Source of the DNA: an uncultured Planctomycetaceae bacterium
GTDB taxonomy: Bacteria; Planctomycetota; UBA1135; GCA-002686595
DNA: 64,000 bases
Direction: 5' to 3'
Assembly (NCBI GenBank): GCA_964469565.1
Contig: CAYXZD010000005.1
Coordinates: 43,463 to 107,462 of the forward strand
Shown here: piece after piece, positions 10,330 through 18,612 of the stretch
Numbering within the stretch: position 1 is the stretch's first letter
How the letters are laid out: every line of letters begins with the position of its first letter
Program-made: the position numbers and the translations under genes
Notes under the pieces: generated by a model
Databases searched by the model: none
Seen by the model: only the letters and a program-made list of their open reading frames with translations
Told to the model about the DNA's origin: nothing

Positions 10330-10632
10330 CCCGCACCCGTTCGCTGGAGTCTGCCCGGCTCAAGCTGTGGGGCGCATGGACACTGGGAGCCCCCACCTCA
10401 CTGCCCGTGGGGATAGGGACCTGATGTCACACCCAAGAATTCAATAATCGTGCCAACCTCCCCCCGAATTCAGCCGTGCCGGAATCCAATCCTAGGCAAC
10501 GAAAGGGCCCCTAGGCCTGCCCGGCCGCCCTCCCAGTCGCCTGGGCTGTGCGAATCCGCACAGCAAGTGTGCGCCGAGCGCACACACCGTCCCCCAAGCT
10601 ATCCTCACGCCCATTGGACGCTATGCTCCCCC

Positions 10633-11520
10633 ATGGCCTCAGTCCTCCTCGCATCGTGCAGCTCGCTCCCCGGATTACACTCCGACGAGGGCTACTTGAT
10701 TCGTGCGCTCCAGGCGACTCCCCTCGAGATTCAAGTCGTGCCCTGGACAGCCGCCGAGGCCGATGGCTCAGCAGCTAGTGCTTGCCTACCCCGCGGCACA
10801 TGGGACTATTTCAAACAACCGGTCACCTTTGAGTCCTGGCTCGCGCGCGTGAACAAGACTTGCCAGCTGATCAACTCCCTAGCACTGATCCGCTGGAACC
10901 TTCATAAGGGCTACCTAGAAGAACTCGCCGCAGCGGGGGTCCCCACAATCCCCACGCTGGCTCTACAGCGCGGATCACAAGTCAATCTAGCCCGAGAATT
11001 AGAATCGCGAGGTTGGGGCGCCTTCGTGATCAAGCCAGCCATCGGTGCAGGGGCTAGCGACACTCAGCGCTACGATCCTAGCCAAATCGAGCTGGCGAGC
11101 ACTCATCTCCAACGCCTACTCACCGCCGGAGACGCGCGTGTGCAACCCTTCTTGCCCGATGTTCTGGCCGGGGGTGAACGCTCACTCATTGCCATCGAGG
11201 GTGAGATTACCCACACGGTGGTCAAGCGAGCCGCTGCGGGAGACTGGCGCGTGCAAGATGATTTTGGAGGCACCTACGAACTTGTCGACGCACGTCCAAA
11301 AGAGCTAGATATCGCCGGGCAAGTCCTTGCCGCCCTACCCGAACCCGCCGTTTATGCACGCATCGACTTGCTCAATGGCCCCGAAGGGGAACCGCTCGTG
11401 ATCGAAGTCGAGTTGATTGAACCCATGCTGTACTTCGAGTGTTTTCCGCCCAGTGCCACCCGCTTGGCTGAGGCCATCGTCCGGCGGGTCCTCCCAAGCG
11501 ACGGGGTCCCTCAGTCGTAG
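10633..11520 (+). CDS. ATP-grasp domain protein (RimK/glutathione-synthetase-like fold), substrate unknown
   Basis: ORF 10450..11520. Start preferred at MASVLLASCSS (ATG 10633). LHKGYLEELAAAGVPTIPT, GAFVIKPAIGAGASDTQRY, VQPFLPDVLAGGERSLIAIEGEITHTVVKR and GDWRVQDDFGG are typical ATP-grasp strand and loop patterns. Confidence 0.7.
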   Translation: MASVLLASCSSLPGLHSDEGYLIRALQATPLEIQVVPWTAAEADGSAASACLPRGTWDYFKQPVTFESWLARVNKTCQLINSLALIRWNLHKGYLEELAAAGVPTIPTLALQRGSQVNLARELESRGWGAFVIKPAIGAGASDTQRYDPSQIELASTHLQRLLTAGDARVQPFLPDVLAGGERSLIAIEGEITHTVVKRAAAGDWRVQDDFGGTYELVDARPKELDIAGQVLAALPEPAVYARIDLLNGPEGEPLVIEVELIEPMLYFECFPPSATRLAEAIVRRVLPSDGVPQS

Positions 11521-14078
11521 GCCACGACTGAGCCTGTCAGGGTGGCTCGCACATAGCGGCGGGTGATGCTCTCTAGCTCATTGGCTTGCGGGGTTTGCTC
11601 CCCTGCTTTCGACAACCAACCCTGCACCAACCCGCGCGCCGCACGCAGTCGGCCGAGCACATCCTGTTCCGAGCGCAGGCTCGGCACCCGCCCCTGACGG
11701 AGTGCGTCGACATAGGCTTGCGAGTAACTCGCTTCGAGGGCCGTGCTCTCGTTCCAGTCGTTCCACGTCGCTAGGTGCAACCAATTCGCCTCACTGCGTT
11801 GCAAGCCTCGTCCTGTCGCAGCCAAGAATGCGCCGGGCCGACTGCTCAGTTGGGGTCCACAGACACGAACGGCTAGGGGCAGACCGTCACTGCCCACCCC
11901 ATTGGGCTGCCCCCAGCCCGCAACGCCGCTGTCATCAAAGCCAGGCCATGCCATGGCCACCGAGTAGCGCGCCGCGTCGAGCGCAGCCCAGTCACTCGCC
12001 TCTTGATCGACCCCGCGCGAAAAGGCCTCCACATCGGCCAGGCTGGGGGACCGTTCAATCCCAAGCACAAAATCTGTGTAGCTTCCGAAGCGCAGAATGG
12101 GTGGACCCAAGAGACGCCAACGCATGGCTCCAGCGAAGGCTTGAGCACCCACTGCTGGCGGTTGCCCAGCGATCAATTCGGGCACTTCCCCGGTCGCCGC
12201 GGTGACCCAAGCGCTGATGTCTTGCCAGTCATCATCCTGCAGGCAAGGGCCGCTAGGCATGCAGATACCGGGTTCAAAAATGAACACGACAGGCCGGCCC
12301 TCTCGGCGCCAGAGAGCACGACGGCTACCGTAGCGTCGTAGATACCAGATCAAATCCGCAGCAATGCCCTGCTTACGATCATCAAAGCTCGGCTGGCCTG
12401 CCACCCAACCCAACATGTGCACCTTAGGTTCGAGTAAGAGGCCGATTTTCAAGTCTGATGGGCCACTCTCAGCCGCATCGAACAAGCCTTCGAGGGCTCC
12501 AGCATTGGGTGTTGATTCACCGGGCAGTGCCGTCTGCTGGTCGAGAGCATGGCCGAGCCAATCGAATACGAACGAGTGCAGGCCAATGGCGTGGGCTTGC
12601 TCTACGTGCAGGCGCAGCACGTCCTCATCCCGCGAGTCATAGGTGCCCGCCAGTGGTAAGAAACCAGGGCCGTCGATGACTCCGACCGCACCATCCCGGC
12701 GGCCCGTGCTGCGCAGGCAATTCGGGCTCGTATTGCAATCAGGATTGTGGGCGAGGGAGTTGTTGTTGGGATCTCCATAGGGCGGAGTGGTCCATGCCCA
12801 GTTACCCCAGATCGCACGAGGATCGGTGGGGCTGGCGACGGACTCCACGGCGAGTGGCGAACGGTACCAGCCCACATAACCCGCAGTCACAAGCCGAGGC
12901 GGATTGCCATCTGCGTAGCCCGCCTGTCCTACTTGGATGAAATCCAATGCCGCCTGCCCGGGAAAGTTCTTGATGACCTGCACCTCCACCTGGGATGCGG
13001 CGGGCAGGAGTCCCTGGGACTCGGTCTCCAAGTACATCCAGCGCCCCACTTGATCGGCGGTCGGGTGGAATCGCAGACGAGCCACCTCCACATCCGGACG
13101 GCCGGCTTGGGTCGTCCGGGCCAGCACAAGAACATCGAACCACTGGTTGGGGTCTGCGCGGGGAGGTAGGGCCACATCACCGCGCAGGTAGAGCCAAAGG
13201 CCCACCTCCGGTCGGTCGCCAAGAGCAGGATGGTCACTCTGCAGGGAAAGATCGAACCCTTGAGTTATGCGGGTGGGCCCATCCAAGAGCACCATCCCCG
13301 AACCGTAGTAGGGTGCTGCCCAGGTCGTCGAGCCGCTCACCTGGACGGCCCCCTGAACTCCCCATGCCGTGGGCACTGCACCCGATCCCTCAAAGTCTGT
13401 TTCGAGGAGCGGATAGCCGGCCCTGGTTCGCACGCCAAGTCGCGCCCCGTCCACCCACAGGGTCCCACGGCCGCTGCACTTCAATTCAAATTCGATGTGC
13501 GTCGTATCCGATTGCAAGCGACCGTCCAACCGAGGGATGCCGATGCTGCGGAGGTTGATCCAAACACCGCGCGGGAGGGACCCTAGATCAAGGCGCGCCG
13601 AAGCCACAGGGGTGCGACCCTGCGTGGAGACACTGTGCAAGAGCAGGCCAACCTCGCCCGTGCTCATGTCCTCCCCCAACCACAGCCGCACGAGCCCTTC
13701 GAGAGCCAGACCACGCTCCCCGTCCTTGGGCAGAGGACCGAGGATGTCACCCGGCCGCCCCACGGCTACACTCTGGGTCAAGCTCGATACCGGCCCACCC
13801 GAGACGAGTACGGCACGCGCCGACTTGCGTCCATCGGGAGCTGGGGCTGCCGCAACCCCGCCTCGCACTTGCCATCCGTACAACCCCGCCTGAAAGTCGT
13901 GGTTGACGAGCACAGGCTCTACGGTCGGCTCAATACCCCTAGGCAGAGCTGGGGCCACGGGGGACAGGGCACCCATGACCAGCACGATGGAGATCACTAT
14001 CCACGTCGTTGGCCACAGTATGGCCCCTCCCCATTTCCCTCGGGAACGGGTGGTGGACATGGTGCGGTGAGGTCTCAA
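11511..14078 (-). CDS. Secreted multidomain protein: two CBM-like jelly-roll modules plus a GH99-like (endo-alpha-mannosidase-like TIM barrel) C-terminal domain
   Basis: N-terminal TM/signal segment (the start could also be M7 at 14060). Two modules open with NHDFQAGLYGWQVRGG and ETDFEGSGAVPTAWGVQG (CBM4/9-like). The C-terminal domain has YVGWYRSP, LPLAGTYDSRDEDVLRLHVEQAHAIGLHSFVFDW, MAWPGFDDSG and ATWNDWNESTALE, which resemble GH99 family motifs. Confidence 0.6.
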   Translation of the reverse strand: MRPHRTMSTTRSRGKWGGAILWPTTWIVISIVLVMGALSPVAPALPRGIEPTVEPVLVNHDFQAGLYGWQVRGGVAAAPAPDGRKSARAVLVSGGPVSSLTQSVAVGRPGDILGPLPKDGERGLALEGLVRLWLGEDMSTGEVGLLLHSVSTQGRTPVASARLDLGSLPRGVWINLRSIGIPRLDGRLQSDTTHIEFELKCSGRGTLWVDGARLGVRTRAGYPLLETDFEGSGAVPTAWGVQGAVQVSGSTTWAAPYYGSGMVLLDGPTRITQGFDLSLQSDHPALGDRPEVGLWLYLRGDVALPPRADPNQWFDVLVLARTTQAGRPDVEVARLRFHPTADQVGRWMYLETESQGLLPAASQVEVQVIKNFPGQAALDFIQVGQAGYADGNPPRLVTAGYVGWYRSPLAVESVASPTDPRAIWGNWAWTTPPYGDPNNNSLAHNPDCNTSPNCLRSTGRRDGAVGVIDGPGFLPLAGTYDSRDEDVLRLHVEQAHAIGLHSFVFDWLGHALDQQTALPGESTPNAGALEGLFDAAESGPSDLKIGLLLEPKVHMLGWVAGQPSFDDRKQGIAADLIWYLRRYGSRRALWRREGRPVVFIFEPGICMPSGPCLQDDDWQDISAWVTAATGEVPELIAGQPPAVGAQAFAGAMRWRLLGPPILRFGSYTDFVLGIERSPSLADVEAFSRGVDQEASDWAALDAARYSVAMAWPGFDDSGVAGWGQPNGVGSDGLPLAVRVCGPQLSSRPGAFLAATGRGLQRSEANWLHLATWNDWNESTALEASYSQAYVDALRQGRVPSLRSEQDVLGRLRAARGLVQGWLSKAGEQTPQANELESITRRYVRATLTGSVVAYD

Positions 14079-14241
14079 ACTCGGGTTGCGGTGCCCCGAC
14101 GACCCTTCGCCGACGGGTGAGTTCTTGACCGGGAGCCATGCTACACCCGGGCCCCCCTCAATTCACGCATTCCTTTTCAGTGTCGTGAAATCAGTCATGC
14201 GGCAAGGAATAAGGGCTACCACCGCCCCCGGACGGCGGATT

Positions 14242-16272
14242 CTAGCGCTGCAGGTGAAGGTCCCACCCCTGGGGGGGATCATAGGACTCCCACTCAACGG
14301 TCCCGGGCCAGCGAACCTCGATCCGCTCGGGAAGGCTCCCTTGGGGAATCCCAAATCGCAAGGCCCCTAGGGTTTGAGATACGTGGGACCGTCGGGCCGA
14401 CCCATACCGGGCCACACGGATGCCGCCACCGCTGCAGAGCACCCGCACGAGGGTACCCATGGGTTCAAGGCGATTGCCCTGCACTTCCTGCGTGAGGTGC
14501 ACGCGCAAACAGTGGTTGCCGTTTTCCGTCCGATTCATGGCCACAAAGCGCGTCCGTGAGACGAGCACCCAATCCATCCGGCCGTCTCCGTCCACATCTG
14601 CCGCTGTCGCAGCACGAATGGGATCGGATATTCCTTCGCCTTGGGGCAGGTTTGGAAACCAAGTCGCGAGGGGGATCCGCTCAAATCTTTTCCCCGCTTG
14701 ATTGTGCAGCACCATGGGATCGGTGCCCAAGGCGAGCACATCGACAAAACCGTCATTGTCTAGATCGCAGCGAACGGTCGCACCCGTCCCTTTGAGATTG
14801 GCGAGCCCAAGACTCTTAGTCACGTTTTCAAACCCATCTCCCACCGCCCGAAATACAACATGAGTCCGCGCCTGCCCAAGGCTGCTCAACCACACATCCA
14901 ACGCTCCATCTCCATCCACATCCAAGATGGAAAGGCACGTGGTTTCAAATCCTTCCTGCTTGAGACGGAATGCGGAGGGGATCACAAGGCCTAGGGCCTC
15001 GGCATCCAGCTCTTCAAACTTCTCCCCACCCTGATTCCTCATCAAGACAAGGCGTTTCCCCCGCAGCTGTAGCTGATCCTGCCAGCCATCCGAGTCCACA
15101 TCCATCCATGCGCTGAACTGCGCATCGAGGGTCGCCAGCCCCAGTACCTTCGCTCGGTTCTCGAAGAACCCGGATTGCTCATCCCCACCCTGACGTTGGA
15201 ACCACAGGCCGTTGGGGGACGACCGATTCGCTAGGGAAAGCTCAAGGCTTCCATCGTTATTGACATCGACCCACTCCAAGCCGCGACCCCGAGCAAAGTC
15301 GCGGGGAGCCAATGCCGGGTCCACTTGAGCAAATGCGAGTCCCGAGTCCTGACCCACAAAAACTCGATTGGACTTAGGCAAATCGGGCGGGGCCAATGTC
15401 CCCCGGTTCCCACCCCGAATCACCACTAGATCGGGCCGGGGCCCTGAAATCGCCTGCACCCACGCCATCCCATGGGGATCGGACTTGCGAAGTTCAAGAT
15501 TCGGCGCCTCGACCTTGGTGAGATCCGCTCCAACCCAGTACGCAAGCGTGCCGGAGGGGCTGCCCTCCTGGGAGATCCTCAAGGCTGCTGTGGGGAACTG
15601 GTTGATGAGACCGATCCTGCGTGGTGCCTGTCCTGGAACGAGCGTGATCCGCAGGGTCTTTTTGCGCCCATCCAGCTCATCCTCACCCTCCAAACCCGTC
15701 ACCCGGAGGGTCTCATTGCAAGTCACCGAGAGTTCACGCGGGGGACCTGAAGCTGGCGCCACCAACCACATGGCCCACGCCATGCGTGTGTCCTGCCACA
15801 CATAAATCCCTTGAGGCCATTCCTTCTCCGAGTCCTCCGGCGGACCGTCCCAATCCGCACTGAGCGAGTGCACTCCGAACTGATCATCCAAACCCGACCG
15901 ATCCGCTTCGGGGTCGTTCATGATCCGAAACGATGAGCCCTTGTTTTCATAGAGTTCCAGATCACTCAGATGCCAGTTGATGAGCACATCAGGATCGCCA
16001 TCGAGGTCCATGTCTGTAGCGATCACATCAAAGGCCCCATGGCCTCCTCCCCTATTCTCCGGGGCGGAGGGGTTAGCCTCTCCCGCAAACGGCTGGGTCA
16101 GCTCAAAACACAGCCCCCCGTCCCCCAAGGGGTTCGCGCGAGCGGCCAACGGTTCTTGCACAGGCCGGTGCACTTTCCCACCACCCTCATGAGCCGTTGC
16201 AAGGGGTGCCTCTGATTCGACTCCCCCACCACCACAACCCGCCAAGAATGCAACGCAGAGGAATCTAGCCAT
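14242..16272 (-). CDS. CRTAC1-family lipoprotein: FG-GAP/VCBS repeats with a C-terminal ASPIC/UnbV domain
   Basis: Start preferred at MARFLCVAFLAGCGGGG (lipobox LAGC; CAT 16270-16272). Repeats DMDLDGDPDVL, DVNNDGSLEL, DVDSDGWQD, DVDGDGALDV, DLDNDGFVDV and DVDGDGRMDW. The C-terminus (NHCLRVHL...GTLVRV...RSHVSQTLGALRFGI...IEVRWPG) is typical of UnbV_ASPIC. Confidence 0.85.
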   Translation of the reverse strand: MARFLCVAFLAGCGGGGVESEAPLATAHEGGGKVHRPVQEPLAARANPLGDGGLCFELTQPFAGEANPSAPENRGGGHGAFDVIATDMDLDGDPDVLINWHLSDLELYENKGSSFRIMNDPEADRSGLDDQFGVHSLSADWDGPPEDSEKEWPQGIYVWQDTRMAWAMWLVAPASGPPRELSVTCNETLRVTGLEGEDELDGRKKTLRITLVPGQAPRRIGLINQFPTAALRISQEGSPSGTLAYWVGADLTKVEAPNLELRKSDPHGMAWVQAISGPRPDLVVIRGGNRGTLAPPDLPKSNRVFVGQDSGLAFAQVDPALAPRDFARGRGLEWVDVNNDGSLELSLANRSSPNGLWFQRQGGDEQSGFFENRAKVLGLATLDAQFSAWMDVDSDGWQDQLQLRGKRLVLMRNQGGEKFEELDAEALGLVIPSAFRLKQEGFETTCLSILDVDGDGALDVWLSSLGQARTHVVFRAVGDGFENVTKSLGLANLKGTGATVRCDLDNDGFVDVLALGTDPMVLHNQAGKRFERIPLATWFPNLPQGEGISDPIRAATAADVDGDGRMDWVLVSRTRFVAMNRTENGNHCLRVHLTQEVQGNRLEPMGTLVRVLCSGGGIRVARYGSARRSHVSQTLGALRFGIPQGSLPERIEVRWPGTVEWESYDPPQGWDLHLQR

Positions 16273-16468
16273 TGAATCGTGAGGCGGCATGGGGCGGAGC
16301 CGTAATGGCCGTGAGGATTGTAGCACTGCGCATGGGCCCAATCGGTGTCAATTCAGCTTCTCGTTTCTCGGCGTACGCACCCACCGTAACCGCCAGGGGC
16401 TGTCCAGATCGCCGAGCCCTAGCCGGCTCTTCAGCTCCTCAAATGAACCGGCCTGCTACGATGGGGTC

Positions 16469-17617
16469 ATGCTCCTGCCCCTCCTCCTCAGCCTCACACT
16501 CCCCCAGACTCCGCCCACTGGCCTGTATGGGGCCGATCCTCGCTGCCCTCAATCAACCGCTCTCACCCTCGAGGACGGGCGAGAATACGGCGCTCGCTCC
16601 GATCATCGCGGCCCCATCGGAGGAGGTGCAGGCTTTGCAGACATCCTCCGCGAGGGCCACATCACAGCCAACACCCTCGATGAGTTGATTGACGGTTTGG
16701 CACGAGCCCAGCCCGGCCAGGTGGTCTTCCTACCCGGGGACTGCGTAATCGACTGCACCGCAGCAGTCTTGATCGAACAGTTGCAGCTCAAGCTTCCCGC
16801 CGGAGTCACCCTGGCCAGCGACCGGGGACATGAGGGCTCGAAGGGCGCCTTGCTGTTTTGTGACCATCTCAAGACCCAGCCGCTCATGACCACAACGGGT
16901 GAGGGAGCCACGCTCTCAGGCCTGCGAATCAGGGGGCCAGACCCGGAACGACGCTTGGACCATCACCGCCGTGCGTACCGCATGGGAGAAGCTTCGAGAG
17001 GACGCGATTATTATTACGCCCTGCCCACGTCAGATGGAATCCGCGCCATGCACGACCGGCTGAGGGTAACCAATTGTGAACTCGCAGGCTGGAGCCACGC
17101 CGCGATTGATCTTCGAAAGGGAGTCGACCATCAAGTTCACCACTGTTTCATCCATCACAACCAACGCCAAGGGTTGGGCTATGGTATTTGCCTCGATCAG
17201 GCCACGGCCACGATTGAGAACAACTTGTTCGACTGGAACCGTCACTCCATCGCCGGCACCGGCCGCCCTGGATGCTCCTATACTGCACGGCACAATGTGG
17301 AGCGCGGAGTAAGCCTCTCCCACTGCTTTGATATGCACGGCGGTCGAGATCGGAAAGATGGAACCAACATTGCGGGCACGACCCTGGTCTTTGAGCGCAA
17401 CACGTTTCTCTGCGATCAACTCGCCATCAAAATCCGTGGCATCCCTGAGGACTCTGCTCAGATCCAGGGCAACTGGTTCCGCAACTCCGCCTGGCGGAGC
17501 CAGCTCCCCCAAGCCCCCACCCTTGACATCGGCCGCAATGCCATCGGTCCACGCGAAGACCCGCGAATCACCCCTGGCCCAGGGTCAATAGAAAACAACC
17601 GCTCCCCTGAACGCTAG
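16469..17617 (+). CDS. Secreted right-handed parallel beta-helix (pectate-lyase-fold/CASH) protein
   Basis: Start preferred at MLLPLLLSLTLPQ (ATG 16469). Beta-helix repeat signatures: RVTNCELAGWSHAAIDL, HHCFIHHNQRQGLGYGICLDQATATIENNLFDWNRHSIAG. Confidence 0.65.
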   Translation: MLLPLLLSLTLPQTPPTGLYGADPRCPQSTALTLEDGREYGARSDHRGPIGGGAGFADILREGHITANTLDELIDGLARAQPGQVVFLPGDCVIDCTAAVLIEQLQLKLPAGVTLASDRGHEGSKGALLFCDHLKTQPLMTTTGEGATLSGLRIRGPDPERRLDHHRRAYRMGEASRGRDYYYALPTSDGIRAMHDRLRVTNCELAGWSHAAIDLRKGVDHQVHHCFIHHNQRQGLGYGICLDQATATIENNLFDWNRHSIAGTGRPGCSYTARHNVERGVSLSHCFDMHGGRDRKDGTNIAGTTLVFERNTFLCDQLAIKIRGIPEDSAQIQGNWFRNSAWRSQLPQAPTLDIGRNAIGPREDPRITPGPGSIENNRSPER

Positions 17618-18018
17618 CGCGATCCCGCCACCCCCGCCCGCGCAACACAGTCCACTTCAAACAAAGCCCCCAAGGGCAGGGCTGAAACTTCTACGGTGGC
17701 CCGAGCGGGTGGGACATGGCCTTCGAAAACCTGTGCATAGACTTCGTTCACGGCGCTGAACTCCCCCATGTCCACGAGGAACAGGTTGCATTTCACCACT
17801 TGACCAAGATCAGTTCCCGCGGCCAGCAAGACTTCCCTCAAGTTGGCTAGGGCTTGCGCCGCTTGCTGGGCTGCGGTGTCCCCCACTAACGATCCGGTAG
17901 CCGGATCGAGGGCCACCTGGCCCGAGCAATACACCCAGCCATCACACAGAATGGCTTGGCTGTAGGGTCCAACTGCGGCCGGAGCAGCGTCGCTGTGGAT
18001 GGCTTGAAACTCACTCAT
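17614..18018 (-). CDS. ridA: RidA/YjgF/TdcF family reactive-intermediate deaminase
   Basis: Start at MSEFQAIHSD (CAT 18016-18018). AAVGPYSQAI, VYCSGQVALDPATG, VVKCNLFLVDMGEFSAVNEVY, PARATVEVSALPLGALFEVDCVA. Confidence 0.9.
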   Translation of the reverse strand: MSEFQAIHSDAAPAAVGPYSQAILCDGWVYCSGQVALDPATGSLVGDTAAQQAAQALANLREVLLAAGTDLGQVVKCNLFLVDMGEFSAVNEVYAQVFEGHVPPARATVEVSALPLGALFEVDCVARAGVAGSR

Positions 18019-18511
18019 GACTTGTAGGGTTTTGGCTGGGGGAATTGAGAGCCTGAAGAACGGGTTGCGGTACAAATGAGCTCAAATCACCACCCATGCG
18101 TGCGATCTGCCGCACGAGGGTGGCGCTGATGTGCGCCGTGGCCGATGAGGGCAGCAGGAATACCGTCTCGATTCCTGGGGCCAGAAGGCGATTGCTCAGG
18201 GCCATGGGGCGCTCGTACTCCAGATCCGCAGCCCCTCGCAAGCCCCGCAGGAGAACGCTCGCACCGAGCTGGCGGCAACCGTCTACAACAAGCCCTTCAA
18301 ACGGGGCGACACGGACTCCCTCTAATCCTGCTGTACATGACTCAATCAAGCCCATGCGATCGTTTAGGGGCAGGAGCGCACTCTTGCTCGGGTGCTGGGC
18401 CACGGCCACGGTCACGGTTTCGAACAGGGCGGTCGCGCGCTCAACGAGATCGAGGTGGCCTAGGGTGAAGGGGTCGAACGAACCCGGAAAGACTGCGTGG
18501 CGATGACTCAT
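18011..18511 (-). CDS. coaD: Phosphopantetheine adenylyltransferase
   Basis: Start at MSHRHAVFPGSFDPFTLGHLDLVERA (CAT 18509-18511; classic CoaD T/HxGH region). ISATLVRQIARMGGD near the C-terminus. Overlaps the ridA start by 8 nt. Confidence 0.9.
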   Translation of the reverse strand: MSHRHAVFPGSFDPFTLGHLDLVERATALFETVTVAVAQHPSKSALLPLNDRMGLIESCTAGLEGVRVAPFEGLVVDGCRQLGASVLLRGLRGAADLEYERPMALSNRLLAPGIETVFLLPSSATAHISATLVRQIARMGGDLSSFVPQPVLQALNSPSQNPTSHE

Positions 18512-18612
18512 GAGAGCCAGTCTAGGGCCCCTAGCGCTCCCGCGCTCAATCGGGCCTGGGTTTTCCACGACCAAGAAGTCACTGGCACAGCCGGGCAGCG
18601 TCTATACGCCAC

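Noticed and set aside
10154-10450. A canonical fluoride (crcB-motif) riboswitch upstream of crcB
   Set aside because: I compared the minus-strand sequence by eye with the conserved aptamer core (GG.GAUGG..UUC.CC / AAC.GC / CUGAUGA..CCUAC). Only a weak GGAUGAG resemblance appeared, near 10262-10275, without the required pairings. It needs cmscan to be certain.
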